From assembly GCA_964562175.1 (NCBI GenBank), contig CAZLRV010000003.1, forward strand, positions 15,001 through 79,000: 64,000 bases of DNA. The letters are read 5' to 3'. Below the pieces are notes generated by a model. It had not been told where the DNA came from and searched no databases. It saw only the letters and a program-made list of their open reading frames with translations. Position numbers and translations under genes: made by a program. Positions 27,213 through 37,300 of this stretch are shown piece by piece. The DNA is from an uncultured Lachnospiraceae bacterium (GTDB lineage: Bacteria > Bacillota > Clostridia > Oscillospirales > CAG-272). Each line of letters starts with the position of its first letter. The first letter of the stretch is position 1.

Positions 27213-28730
27213 ATGCGTAAATTCATTCGTATTTTGGTTAGCCGTGCTGTTATAACGGCTGCATTGTTCCTTTTACAGATACTTTTGATACTTTTGTTCG
27301 TGCTTGAGTTCAGCGCGTATTACCTGCCGTTTCAGCTCTCTTCCATTTTTCTCGGGCTGTTTTGCAGTCTTTTGTTACTTGAGCGTAACGGAAACGCCGC
27401 ATACAAAATTGCGTGGCTCTTCCCCATGATCATCTTTCCCATATTCGGCGCACTGCTTTACCTGACCTTCGGCACGCATAAGCTCTCCGAACGTAAAAGA
27501 CGCAAGATGAAGATAATAGACAAGGAACAAAAAAAGCTCTGCTCCTATTTCGATACCATTGTCACAATAGAAAACGATCCGGACGGTCAAAAGCAAGCGA
27601 ATTATCTCCAATATAACGCCTACGCTCCGGCGTATAATAATGTATACTCCGAGTTTCTGCCATCGGGCGAGGTAAAGCTCGAACGACTGCTTGAGGAGCT
27701 TAAAAAAGCCCGCCGATTTATATTCCTGGAATATTTCATAATTCGCGAGGGTGAGATGTGGTCAGCCGTGCTTGATGTGCTGAAAAGCAAAGCAAGCGAG
27801 GGCGTTGAGGTAAGGATAGTATATGACGATTTCGGCTCGATAGTGGGACTTAAAAAGGATTATCCGCAAAAGCTCGAAAAGCTCGGTATAAAGTGCCTCG
27901 TTTTCAATAGAATAAAGCCCGAGCTTTCACCTCGACTCAATAACAGAGACCACCGCAAGATATGTGTTATCGACGGCAAAGTCGGCTTCACCGGCGGAAT
28001 AAATCTCGCCGATGAATATATAAATAAAAAACAGCGTTGCGGTCACTGGAAGGACACGGCTATAATGTTCAAAGGTCCTGCCGTAACGAGCTTGACAGTC
28101 ATGTTCTTAGGTATGTGGGAATATATCTCCAAATCCGAGGAATCCGTAATAGATTATGTATATCTCTCCGAAAACGACGAAAAAGACGGGTATATCATAC
28201 CCTATTCCGACAACCCCTTGGATGATGAGCCTGTAGGACAAAATGTATATCTCAACATTATAAACTGCGCAAAGAAATATCTTTATATCACCACACCCTA
28301 CCTCATAATCGAAAACGAAATGACAACGGCACTCTGCAACGCCGCAAAATCAGGTGTCGATGTCCGCATAATTACGCCGCATATTCCCGATAAACGCTTT
28401 GTTTTTTCGGTAACACGCTCAAATTACGAGGTACTTCTTGACAGCGGAGTGAAGATATTTGAGTATACTCCGGGCTTTGTTCACGCAAAAATGTTCGTTT
28501 GCGATGATAAATACGCAACGATAGGCACCGTAAATCTCGATTACAGAAGCCTATATCTCCATTACGAATGCGGCGTATGGCTCGCCCATTCAAAAACCGT
28601 AAAGGATATTAAAGAAGATATCATGTCAACGCTCGTATTATGTGAGAAGATACCGAAAAGCTTCTCAAAGGACACGCCGATAAAACGCTTGGCTTACGGT
28701 ATAATACGTGCTTTTGCACCGCTTCTTTAG
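27213..28730 (+). CDS. cls: cardiolipin synthase
   Basis: 505 aa with N-terminal TM helices and two HKD motifs (HRKICVIDGKVGFTGGINL and HAKMFVCDDKYATIGTVNL). Confidence 0.9.
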   Translation: MRKFIRILVSRAVITAALFLLQILLILLFVLEFSAYYLPFQLSSIFLGLFCSLLLLERNGNAAYKIAWLFPMIIFPIFGALLYLTFGTHKLSERKRRKMKIIDKEQKKLCSYFDTIVTIENDPDGQKQANYLQYNAYAPAYNNVYSEFLPSGEVKLERLLEELKKARRFIFLEYFIIREGEMWSAVLDVLKSKASEGVEVRIVYDDFGSIVGLKKDYPQKLEKLGIKCLVFNRIKPELSPRLNNRDHRKICVIDGKVGFTGGINLADEYINKKQRCGHWKDTAIMFKGPAVTSLTVMFLGMWEYISKSEESVIDYVYLSENDEKDGYIIPYSDNPLDDEPVGQNVYLNIINCAKKYLYITTPYLIIENEMTTALCNAAKSGVDVRIITPHIPDKRFVFSVTRSNYEVLLDSGVKIFEYTPGFVHAKMFVCDDKYATIGTVNLDYRSLYLHYECGVWLAHSKTVKDIKEDIMSTLVLCEKIPKSFSKDTPIKRLAYGIIRAFAPLL

Positions 28731-28759
28731 AATGATTTCCCATTATCGGGAAATAATAT

Positions 28760-28789
28760 GCTCGGGTACTCACCGTATCCGAGCTTTTT
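28760..28789 (+). terminator. terminator after cls
   Basis: Stem gctcgggtac...gtatccgagc followed by TTTTT. Confidence 0.65.
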
Positions 28790-28813
28790 CATGCTAAATA
28801 ATGGAGGATCAAG

Positions 28814-29155
28814 ATGAAAAGATTCATAACGCTGTTGCTTGTACTATCGTTATTTCTCACTCTCTGTGCCTGCAACTCAAGTAAAAATGACAACAGCATT
28901 GTCGGAGAATGGACAAGACAAGGACAATGCTATACATTTCACAAAAACGGCAAGCTGACGATAAACAACGAAAAATACTCATATAGCACCTCCAAAGGTA
29001 AGCTTACAATAAAAAATTCTGAAATATCACGTAGCTTTTATTATGTCCTAAGCGGACATAGCCTTTATATCGATGCCTTGGAATACGAAAAAGTCACCGT
29101 TGACCCCGCCCCCAAGCGTGAACTGCTCCATTATATCAAGAAATTCTTTTCCTGA
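28814..29155 (+). CDS. small hypothetical lipoprotein
   Basis: 113 aa with a signal peptide ending in the lipobox LTLCAC. A GGAGG RBS lies upstream. Confidence 0.6.
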   Translation: MKRFITLLLVLSLFLTLCACNSSKNDNSIVGEWTRQGQCYTFHKNGKLTINNEKYSYSTSKGKLTIKNSEISRSFYYVLSGHSLYIDALEYEKVTVDPAPKRELLHYIKKFFS

Positions 29156-29251
29156 TTATGCCATATTTACCGCTATCAGTTATTATAACGCCATTTTTTC
29201 GCGAAAAATATAATTATTTTTGTATTATTTCATTTTTTTTCGAAAAACCCC

Positions 29252-29279
29252 TTGACAAATCCGAAAAAATGTGTATAAT
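29252..29279 (+). promoter_or_regulatory. sigma-A-type promoter for tRNA-Leu
   Basis: TTGACA (29252-29257), 16-nt spacer with a TG extension, TATAAT (29274-29279). Confidence 0.65.
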
Positions 29280-29310
29280 ATAGAGTGTTGCGTGTGCAGA
29301 ACACGGAAAT

Positions 29311-29395
29311 GCGAGAGTGGCGGAACTGGTAGACGCGCACGTTTGAGGGGCGTGTGGTTTTCACCATACGGGTTCAAGTCCCGTTTCTCGCACCA
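29311..29395 (+). tRNA. tRNA-Leu (anticodon GAG), class II long variable arm, encoded CCA
   Basis: Folded by hand. Acceptor gcgagag/ttctcgc, D-arm gcggaactggtagacgc, anticodon stem gcacg/cgtgt with loop ttGAGgg, long variable arm, T-arm gggttcaagtccc, then a-cca. Confidence 0.9.
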
Positions 29396-29396
29396 A

Positions 29397-29431
29397 AAAA
29401 CTCTTTTGTTCAATACAAAAGAGTTTTTTTC
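29397..29431 (+). terminator. terminator after tRNA-Leu
   Basis: Stem ctcttttg / caaaagag with a 7-nt loop and a T7 run. Confidence 0.7.
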
Positions 29432-29445
29432 ATCCTCAGATTTGA

Positions 29446-29470
29446 AAAGGCGGCATAGCCGCCTTTTTTT
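29446..29470. terminator. bidirectional terminator (serves the murE-like gene on the minus strand)
   Basis: aaaaggcggc-ata-gccgccttttt, abutting the murE-like stop at 29469. Confidence 0.7.
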
Positions 29471-30974
29471 ATTTTATCTCAGCAGGCTCACGCTCGTACA
29501 AAGCAAGCGACTCGACAACGGCATCCGCATCGGATTTCGTTTCCACATACTCAAGTCCCCTCAGCTGTCTTGTTTCCCTGCCCTTGCCTATTACAAGCAC
29601 CACCTTATCCTCGCACCTGTCGCATATAGCTTCTCTTATCGCCGCAACTCTGTCGGTAATTATTTTATAAGGACAACCCGTAGCTTGAACATATTCCGCG
29701 ATCTGTCCGCATATCTCGTTCAAGTCCTCCTCGCCCTCGTCCTCCTCCGTTATTATGACGAGCGAAGAATTTTCTCCGCACGTGACACCGAGGTCATGCC
29801 GCCGTATTACCGCCTTTGTTCCGGGACAGCCGAACACCGTTATGATTTTCTTATTCGGATATTCTATCCGCACCGACTCATACAACGCCTCGGCACTCAG
29901 CTTGTTATGTGCATAATCTACGATTACAACCGTTCTGCCGTCACCGCTCTTGAATACTTCCATTCTGCCCGAAACATATGCGTTCTTCAATCCGTCCTTT
30001 ATGCTTTGCTTGTCAATACCCATTTTCATAGCCACGCCTATTGCGCACATTGCATTGTAAACATTGAACAGACCACTCATTGAAAGCTCGTACTCGTCGT
30101 ACTCGCCCCACGCCTCAACACCGAAGCTGATGCTATCGCCGCACTTTTTCTTGTACACGCACTTTATATCGCTTTCCACGCCGTTTCCGTACGTGATAAT
30201 ATTACAGCCCTTGCCCCTTGCGTATTCAAGTACACGCTCAAAATGCTCCATATCCGAGCATATAACGGCGTTTGCGCAGTTATCGAACAGCTTCATCTTT
30301 GAAGTAAAGTAATCCTCAAAATCCTTATGTTCAACATCGCTTATATGGTCGATACCGATATTCGTAAAGCAACCGAATCTGAAACGAATACCGTCAACAC
30401 GTCGAAACTTCAACGCCTGCGCCGACGTTTCTATCACCACATTCCGTATTCCGGACTTAACGCAATTCCCGAGCCGCCGCTGTAGCACGATAGCCTCTTG
30501 AGTCGTCAGGTGCGACTCCTCCTTGCTCACGCCGTCGTAATTGTCGATAGTCGAAAAAATACCGCATTGACTGCCGTAATACGTGTCCAATATCGACTTT
30601 ATAAAATAACAAGTCGTGCTTTTTCCCTTAGTACCCGTCACACCGATAATATTGCACAGATCGCACGCCCTGTCGTAATACTCACGACCGAGAAGCGCCA
30701 TGGCACGCCTGATATCGCTCACGATTATATGATCGCACTCGACATTATACTTCCGCTCGCCGACATATGCCACCGCACCGCGCCGTATCGCATCGACAAG
30801 ATAATCCTCTTTGAAATGCACGCCCTTGCATACAAACAACGCCTTTCCCTCAACCTCTCTGTTGTCAAAGCTCAAGCACTCAAGCTCGACATCTCTATCG
30901 CTTATACACGCATCGACTACCAAGCCCGCACCGCTCAATACATCAAGCAAATATCCTATCTCTCTGTTTTTCAT
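29469..30974 (-). CDS. Mur ligase family protein, MurE-like (UDP-MurNAc-L-Ala-D-Glu:amino acid ligase)
   Basis: 501 aa with P-loop GVTGTKGKSTT, a TNIGIDHI region, GRMEV, DYAHN and GKGRETRQ. The expected DNPR/DNPA position reads TEEDEGEED. Confidence 0.7.
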   Translation of the reverse strand: MKNREIGYLLDVLSGAGLVVDACISDRDVELECLSFDNREVEGKALFVCKGVHFKEDYLVDAIRRGAVAYVGERKYNVECDHIIVSDIRRAMALLGREYYDRACDLCNIIGVTGTKGKSTTCYFIKSILDTYYGSQCGIFSTIDNYDGVSKEESHLTTQEAIVLQRRLGNCVKSGIRNVVIETSAQALKFRRVDGIRFRFGCFTNIGIDHISDVEHKDFEDYFTSKMKLFDNCANAVICSDMEHFERVLEYARGKGCNIITYGNGVESDIKCVYKKKCGDSISFGVEAWGEYDEYELSMSGLFNVYNAMCAIGVAMKMGIDKQSIKDGLKNAYVSGRMEVFKSGDGRTVVIVDYAHNKLSAEALYESVRIEYPNKKIITVFGCPGTKAVIRRHDLGVTCGENSSLVIITEEDEGEEDLNEICGQIAEYVQATGCPYKIITDRVAAIREAICDRCEDKVVLVIGKGRETRQLRGLEYVETKSDADAVVESLALYEREPAEIK

Positions 30975-31001
30975 TCTATCCTCACCCGATTTAATACTAT
31001 A

Positions 31002-31030
31002 ATCCTACCACAAATATCGTCCCTTGTCAA
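31002..31030 (-). promoter_or_regulatory. candidate promoter for the murE-like gene
   Basis: On the minus strand: TTGACA (31030-31025), 17-nt spacer, TAGGAT (31007-31002). Confidence 0.45.
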
Positions 31031-31049
31031 GTGAATATCGCCCGATTGA

Positions 31050-31102
31050 CAAAAAATATTCCCGACAGATAGACCTGTACAGATCGCCCTGTCGGGAATA
31101 TT
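31050..31102 (-). terminator. strong rho-independent terminator closing the PqqD-giant-peptide operon
   Basis: 14-bp perfect arms aatattcccgacag (31055-31068) and ctgtcgggaatatt (31089-31102). A U-run on the minus strand corresponds to plus-strand A-run 31050-31056. It lies 13 nt after the stop of the 76-aa ORF. Confidence 0.8.
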
Positions 31103-31115
31103 TCATTTTATGAGT

Positions 31116-31346
31116 TTATGAGTTCACTATGACCGTGATCGTATGATAGCACGTTCCGTCGTACTCCGGACCCATCATTTCGCCGTAATCGCCTTCGCAT
31201 CCTTCTGTGGCAGAGTTAAATGCATTCCACTGTTCTTTTGCCATAGCTATCCAATCGTCTCCGCAGGATCCTGCGATTTTCGTTGTCAGCTCGAATTCCT
31301 CGAACTGTACCGTAGGAACAATATAAGCTTTTTTCATATTCTTCAT
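31116..31346 (-). CDS. 76-aa acidic, three-Cys peptide (candidate RiPP-like precursor or RRE ligand)
   Basis: A GAGGAG RBS sits 8 nt upstream, and the ORF starts 21 nt after the giant gene's stop. Sequence: MKNMKKAYIVPTVQFEEFELTTKIAGSCGDDWIAMAKEQWNAFNSATEGCEGDYGEMMGPEYDGTCYHTITVIVNS. Confidence 0.6.
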   Translation of the reverse strand: MKNMKKAYIVPTVQFEEFELTTKIAGSCGDDWIAMAKEQWNAFNSATEGCEGDYGEMMGPEYDGTCYHTITVIVNS

Positions 31347-31367
31347 TTCAACTGCTCCTCTCGGAAA

Positions 31368-34300
31368 TTATTCTTCAACCGTAATAGTCTTAACAACGTT
31401 CATGGGTGACTCTCTGCCGTCCTTGTCAAGTGCGGTAAACGTGTACTTGTAAGTACCCGCCTCAAGCACTCCGAGGTCAACACTCATCATCGCCTTTTCG
31501 CCGTAAGCTACCGTGTTCTGCGATACTATCTCAACTTCGTTGCCGTTTTCATCAACTGCCTTTACGCTCGTTGCGTTTGCACTTGCTATAACGCTTACGA
31601 CAACATTCTCGCCGTACTCGTATGCAACTGCCGCCGATACGGAATCGATCGTGATATTCTCATTGATCTGATATCCCTCGTTAGCCGCAAGCATTACGCC
31701 CATTACGCTCTTAACGATTTCCGCATCCAAGCTTGTCGCAACCGCACCGCCCTTTACAACGTCACCCAAATTGAATTCCTCAAGCGTACATCCCGCATAT
31801 TTAATGTTGGATACGCTGACAACGGAATCCTCATCGTCGCCGTTTCTGTCGAGCATTACGATAACGGTATACGAGCCGTCAACGTTGTTAATGCACTTGC
31901 TTACATCTATAGAGTGGTACATAGCCGTGTAAGAGGTTATCTTAGTCGAAGTAGCAGGTAAGGTCAATTTTTCGGTAGCTATATCGTAGCCGACATATTC
32001 ATACCAACCAAGGTCATTACCCGATGCCTTCTTTGCCTCTATCTCAAGCACTACATCCTCTACACTTACGCCGTCATTGGGAAGTACTCTGAATACCAAC
32101 GCATTTCTGTTGCCCATGAGGTAGACCTCATTGTTAGGACCGACATTCGCATAGCTGTAAGTGCCGTCGCTATCGGAGAACGACCATTCGCCGTCCTTAA
32201 GTTCATCCTTCCAATACGTGTCGATACGCTCAACAACGGAGTTACCTGCAGAGAAGCTTACCTGCGTTCCCGTTCCGTCGCCCGTAGGAACGAAATCAAC
32301 TATTCCTACCGTGGGATTGTTCTTAAGAATGTTTGCACGAAGCTCCTCGATAGTAACATTCTGTTCTTTATAATGGTTGGTAATATTACTGTCGTTCTTT
32401 ACCGGATCGTAAATTCTTACACCGTCAAGGTAGAATCTCGTACCCTTGCCGTTTACAGGCTTTGAAACGTAGATTTCAACCGTGTACTCGTTGTAAGGCA
32501 AATCACGTATGCTTATTATCGGCACCTGATCGAGATGTCCGTTTACATACTGCGTGATGACGATCTTCTGTTTTTCTATATCACCGTTGTTCTTTTTGAC
32601 AACTACACGTACCATTGCGGATGAAAGGTTCGTGAAGCTTATCAGCTCAAAGCCCGTACCGTTAAAGGTGAATGTTGCGTTCTTATTTGCTCCGCTGTAA
32701 TCCGTTGCGTCCGTGTACAGTGCCGCATATGTTCCGTTACTGAAGTTGTAGTTGTTACCTACACCGTCAAAGCCGCCGATACCTTTCTTGAAGGTGTAGC
32801 CGCCAAGACCTGTGTACCATTTGAACTGGCTGTTTTTTTCAATCGTGTCAACGGTCGTCGTATCGTCGAGGTAAGACTTATCATATCCGTAATTCTCGTT
32901 TTGATTCGAGGACTGAGTATTTTGTGTCGTACCTGTGACCTTGCCTGTGTTCAAGCCGTTACTATAAACTATCGAACCGATATTCTCCTCGTAATATACG
33001 ACATATGCAGGTACAAAGCTTATCTTCTTGTACATCTGAATACCGTATTTTACGGAATACTTTTGAGCGTTATCGGTAGACTGACAAGTTTCGTCGGTAA
33101 TACCTACCGCCACGTAAACATCATCCGAACCATGCAAGAACTTCGAGGGTGTGTAAGTCAGGGGCGTAGCAGCTGCGGCAGTCGAACCGGCAGTGCCTGC
33201 AAATGAACCGTATGTTCCGGTTTCACTGAAATTGCTCGTGTAGCCCTCAACCGTACCGCTTGTCGTAGCGGTGGGCGCACTCTTCTTGAAGCCCAATATT
33301 TCTCTAAGCTCGTCGCCGTTTGTCGACAAGCTCAACGTGTCACCACTGCCGCCCAAATAAGGCGTACCGTCTTTCTCACCGGGATCGGCATATACCGTAA
33401 CCGGCAAGCCGTAGTCAAGTACATACGTTACATCACTCAAGCCGTACGTAAATACCGTTACACCGTAAGGACCGAATTTCTGAACCTGCTGTGTAGTCGG
33501 GTCTTGGGCAATCAACGTAAAGAAGTATGACGTTGTACCCGTGTTCTTAACATTCGAGGTGACCTTAGTGTCTGAAATATTATATCCGTCTTGATATGCA
33601 CCCGAAAGTGTCGTACCCGCTGTGATCTTGTGATCTCCGCTCGTTATCTTGTTCTTGTTCGCATCACTGATGTAAACACCTATCGTGTTGTCTTTCTTCA
33701 ATGCTCCGTATGTCGAGCTTCCTATTCTCGTGCTGTCGCTTATTACATCCGTAATGCTGTAAGTACGGTTGTGGTCCTCCCAAAGGTATATCCACAGATC
33801 CGATATGTTTACAACGAACTGTGCGTTACCCTCAAGCGCCTTGTACTGTCCACCGCCCTGATCGAACTGTGAACGTACACTTACCGTATTTACAAATGTA
33901 TTTTGGTCGATATTTGACTGAGTAAGGTAGTATATAACTCCCTTGATCGTCATTTTTTGTCCCGACGTTATACCTTTCTTAAGTACAGATTTTGCACTTC
34001 CCAAATCGAGATTTGAGTAGGTATTGACCGTCTTGCCTGTCGAATCCGTTATTATTATTGTAAGCTCGCTGAGCTGTCTGTTTGTCGTGCTTCCGCCCTT
34101 GGGAGTATATGAACCAAGCTCACATCTCCATGAGGAATCGCTTGCATTGTCATATCCGAGCGCAAATCCGAGAGCCGAATCCGTAAACTGCATATATTCG
34201 ATCTTGTTACTCGTGTCCTTTGAAATGTTCTCTGCCGAGAAGGTATATTGAAGCTTGTCGGAATCCTGTACGTTGTCACCGAACTCCAGCTGCTCGCCTT

Positions 34301-37300
34301 CAAGATAGCAATCCTTTTCAACAGGCATATCCGGAGATGAAAGACGAATGTTTGTCTGTATTGCAAAGTTTGCCGCAATACCGTGACGCTCCATGTAGAA
34401 GAATCTGAACTCATAGCTCTCGCCCTCAACAAGTCCGAGCTTGTTCTTTACGTCGTTTACGTAAAGCTCAACATCCGTACGTGAGTGAGCGCCGCCTATA
34501 TCAAGCACAAGTTGATTGTTGATAAAGAGGTAAACGTCATCGTCTCCCATGAATCGGAAGTAAAGGTTATCCGCTTCGTGATAAACGAATGCCGCATGAC
34601 CTTCCATTGAGAAGTTGTAGTTAAAGCCGGTATATCTATCACCGAAAGGAGAGTTGATCGTAGTTGCATCCTCACCGAGATAGAAAGGATCCGTGTCGCC
34701 GTAGCCAAGCGCTGTTTTGCTTCCGCCCATTCCCTGCATTGAATTTCTGCTTGAACCCAAGGGGTTAAACATATAGTTATAGTCCGGAAGGGGTGATACT
34801 CTTGTTTGACCATTCTTTATCTTATAGTAAGGAGTCGAAACCGTCTGGGTATTGTAGATGGACTTGCTTTCCTCGTCGTATTTTGTGCCGGCAAATCCGG
34901 AGCTGAATGTGTAGTTATACTTACCGTTGTTATCGACGCTTCGTACAAGTGCGAGGTTGTTATAGTTGCTTATCTCCATGCTGTAGCCCGTGCCGGTAAC
35001 ATTTCTATTTTGGTCTTGACCGGTGACATAGAGGCTGTTGAGCATATAGAGTGCAACATCCATGCAGGTGAAGCTGCCCTTGGCGCCGTTTTTGAAATTG
35101 CTGAGATTGTAATTTCTGCTCTTGGCGGTATTGTAATCGCCTACTTCATAATGTGCATATGCACCGAACAGACCGTTTGCCGTGCTGTCATTGAGCTTTG
35201 ATCTGAGAAGTGCCGCAAAATCTTTTCCCTTACCGTAAAGCTCGTCGTTTACCTCGCCGATTATCATATTGTGGTGCAAGTAGCCCTTGGCATACGCTGA
35301 ATTCTGGGTGCCTTCCTTAAGTGCATAAGCTAAGACATTTGCCAAAAACTCAACCGTACCCTGCTTGTATACGGGCTTTCCGTTTACAAGTGTAGCCTCG
35401 GTAAGTCCCTGTACCGCTATACCGCGTATAAGAGTACCGTAGCTCGTATTAACACGATTGCTGACATTATAAGAAGTGGCGTGTTGCAAATAATTCTGAG
35501 AGCCCGGTCTTATCGTACCTGTGCCGTTAATACCGAATAGATACGCATCGTCGGTCTTCGTGAAATTAGCGGTATAGTTATCATTGCCGTTTCCTGTGGT
35601 TTTCTGCTCCAATGCAAGACCGAAAGCAATATGGTTGCTCCGCTGTTGTGCATAATCAACGACGGGGTTGTAGAAGGTAGCGTAAAATTTGCAATATGCT
35701 TTTTGCTCCTCTACGCTCTTGCTTGAACCGTCTTTCTTGGAATATTGCAAGAATGCGACCGCACCGCAATCGAGTGTACTGCCGTTTGAGCTTGAAACAT
35801 ATATTTGACTGCCCTTCCAGTTCATCGCTTTCAATTCAACGGCAGCTGTGTGCCATTGACCGTCATTTCTTACATCCGGTATCTCAAGTCTCATCGATGA
35901 TTCTATCGTAAAGTTGTCCCGTCTCGTCTCAACATTCAAATACAGCTTATCAGCCCCTGTTTTATAACGCACGTTTGCGTAGTATACGGCTTGGTCGTTT
36001 ACCGTACCCAAGTCATCCAAGGTCAGACCATTTCTATTGTAGGCATACAAGAATATCATTTGCTGGTCGTATTTGTCACGATATGTGTGTGAGTTCGCAT
36101 CACCGCCGCTTGACCAGCCCGCAGTGTATGTTCCTTCAAAATCGGCGTAGTTCATTGCCGCAACGGAGCATATCTTAAGAGTTCCGGAATAGTCGAGCTT
36201 AAAGCCATATGCATCTGAGCCTGTTGCGATCTTGATGAACAGATCGTGCCATTTGTTATCTTTATATATCTTATAGTCCGATGCACTTGATGCAATCGCG
36301 TTACCATTTGTGTCCGTATAACGTGCGGTTATGCTCGTAACATCGGAGGTCTTATAGCGGACTCTCATATATCTGTGCGTGCTGATTGTCAAAGTCTGTT
36401 GTTTACCTACCGCATTCCATTTCTTTGAAAAACCGTTCGTAAAGCTGTGATACGGGTAATAAGCATCGTCCGTTGCCATTTGACTGCCGTTATCGTTAAT
36501 ACATATGGCAACATATTGAATGTCAATGGTGCTGCCATTGTTATTCCCGTTATCGGTAAAGTCAAACCATATTTTTTTAATGTTGCCGGTCCAATTGGCA
36601 TTGCTTTTCATATTGAATACAAGATTGTGCCAATTTCCGTCTTTGTTAAGCGACTTTCCGACACGTTTTCCACCATCACGTCCACCGTCACCGTTTTGGA
36701 AGAATATACCCATATCGGACGCATTGGTATTTGAAGTTTTGTATCTGACAACTATACTTCCGTAGTTATCCGCCTTAAGTTCTTTACCTATGCTTCCGAA
36801 ATCGGCAAGAATGTAAGCATCTCCGTTTGAAACTTCTGTCTCAAATGTATAATAATCGCCGTTCGCATCGTATGTCGAACTGTATTTACCATCGGGATAA
36901 GAGGTGCCGTTTACATTCTTTGCCAATGTTACGAATCGAGTATACTCATAATTGTAATCGTATAATGCCTCGTTTTGTGAAACTCTGGCGGCTTTCGGGT
37001 CGATCTTACCGTAATCGCGGCGCAACACCTCATCCCTTGTTGCATTGTATTCTATCTGATATTTACCAAACCACATTTCGTTGAACTCAAAGAGCATACC
37101 GTCGGCGGCATAGTCTCTTATCGTTATGGGGAGGTAAATAGCGTCGTTCGTCGTTACCTGATTGTAACCGTTGACTCTCGCAACATCAGCTTCGTTTGTG
37201 GAATCATATGATTGAGCGGTGAAATTATCCAAGCACATCTCGGAATTTTCACCCGAGTCGCCGCGGCTTACAAAGCAGAAACGGCTGTAGTTACGGATAA

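Noticed and set aside
29271-30083. 270-aa plus-strand ORF spanning tRNA-Leu and running antisense to the murE-like gene
   Set aside because: It starts inside the tRNA promoter, reads through the tRNA and two terminators, has low-complexity, unnatural composition, and is fully shadowed by a well-supported gene on the other strand.
29252-31102. tRNA-Leu as an integration site marking a mobile island that would include the giant-protein operon
   Set aside because: I found no integrase, recombinase or transposase, no direct repeat of the tRNA 3' end, and no obvious compositional break by eye. The accessory nature of 31-38.8 kb therefore remains only a gene-content argument.
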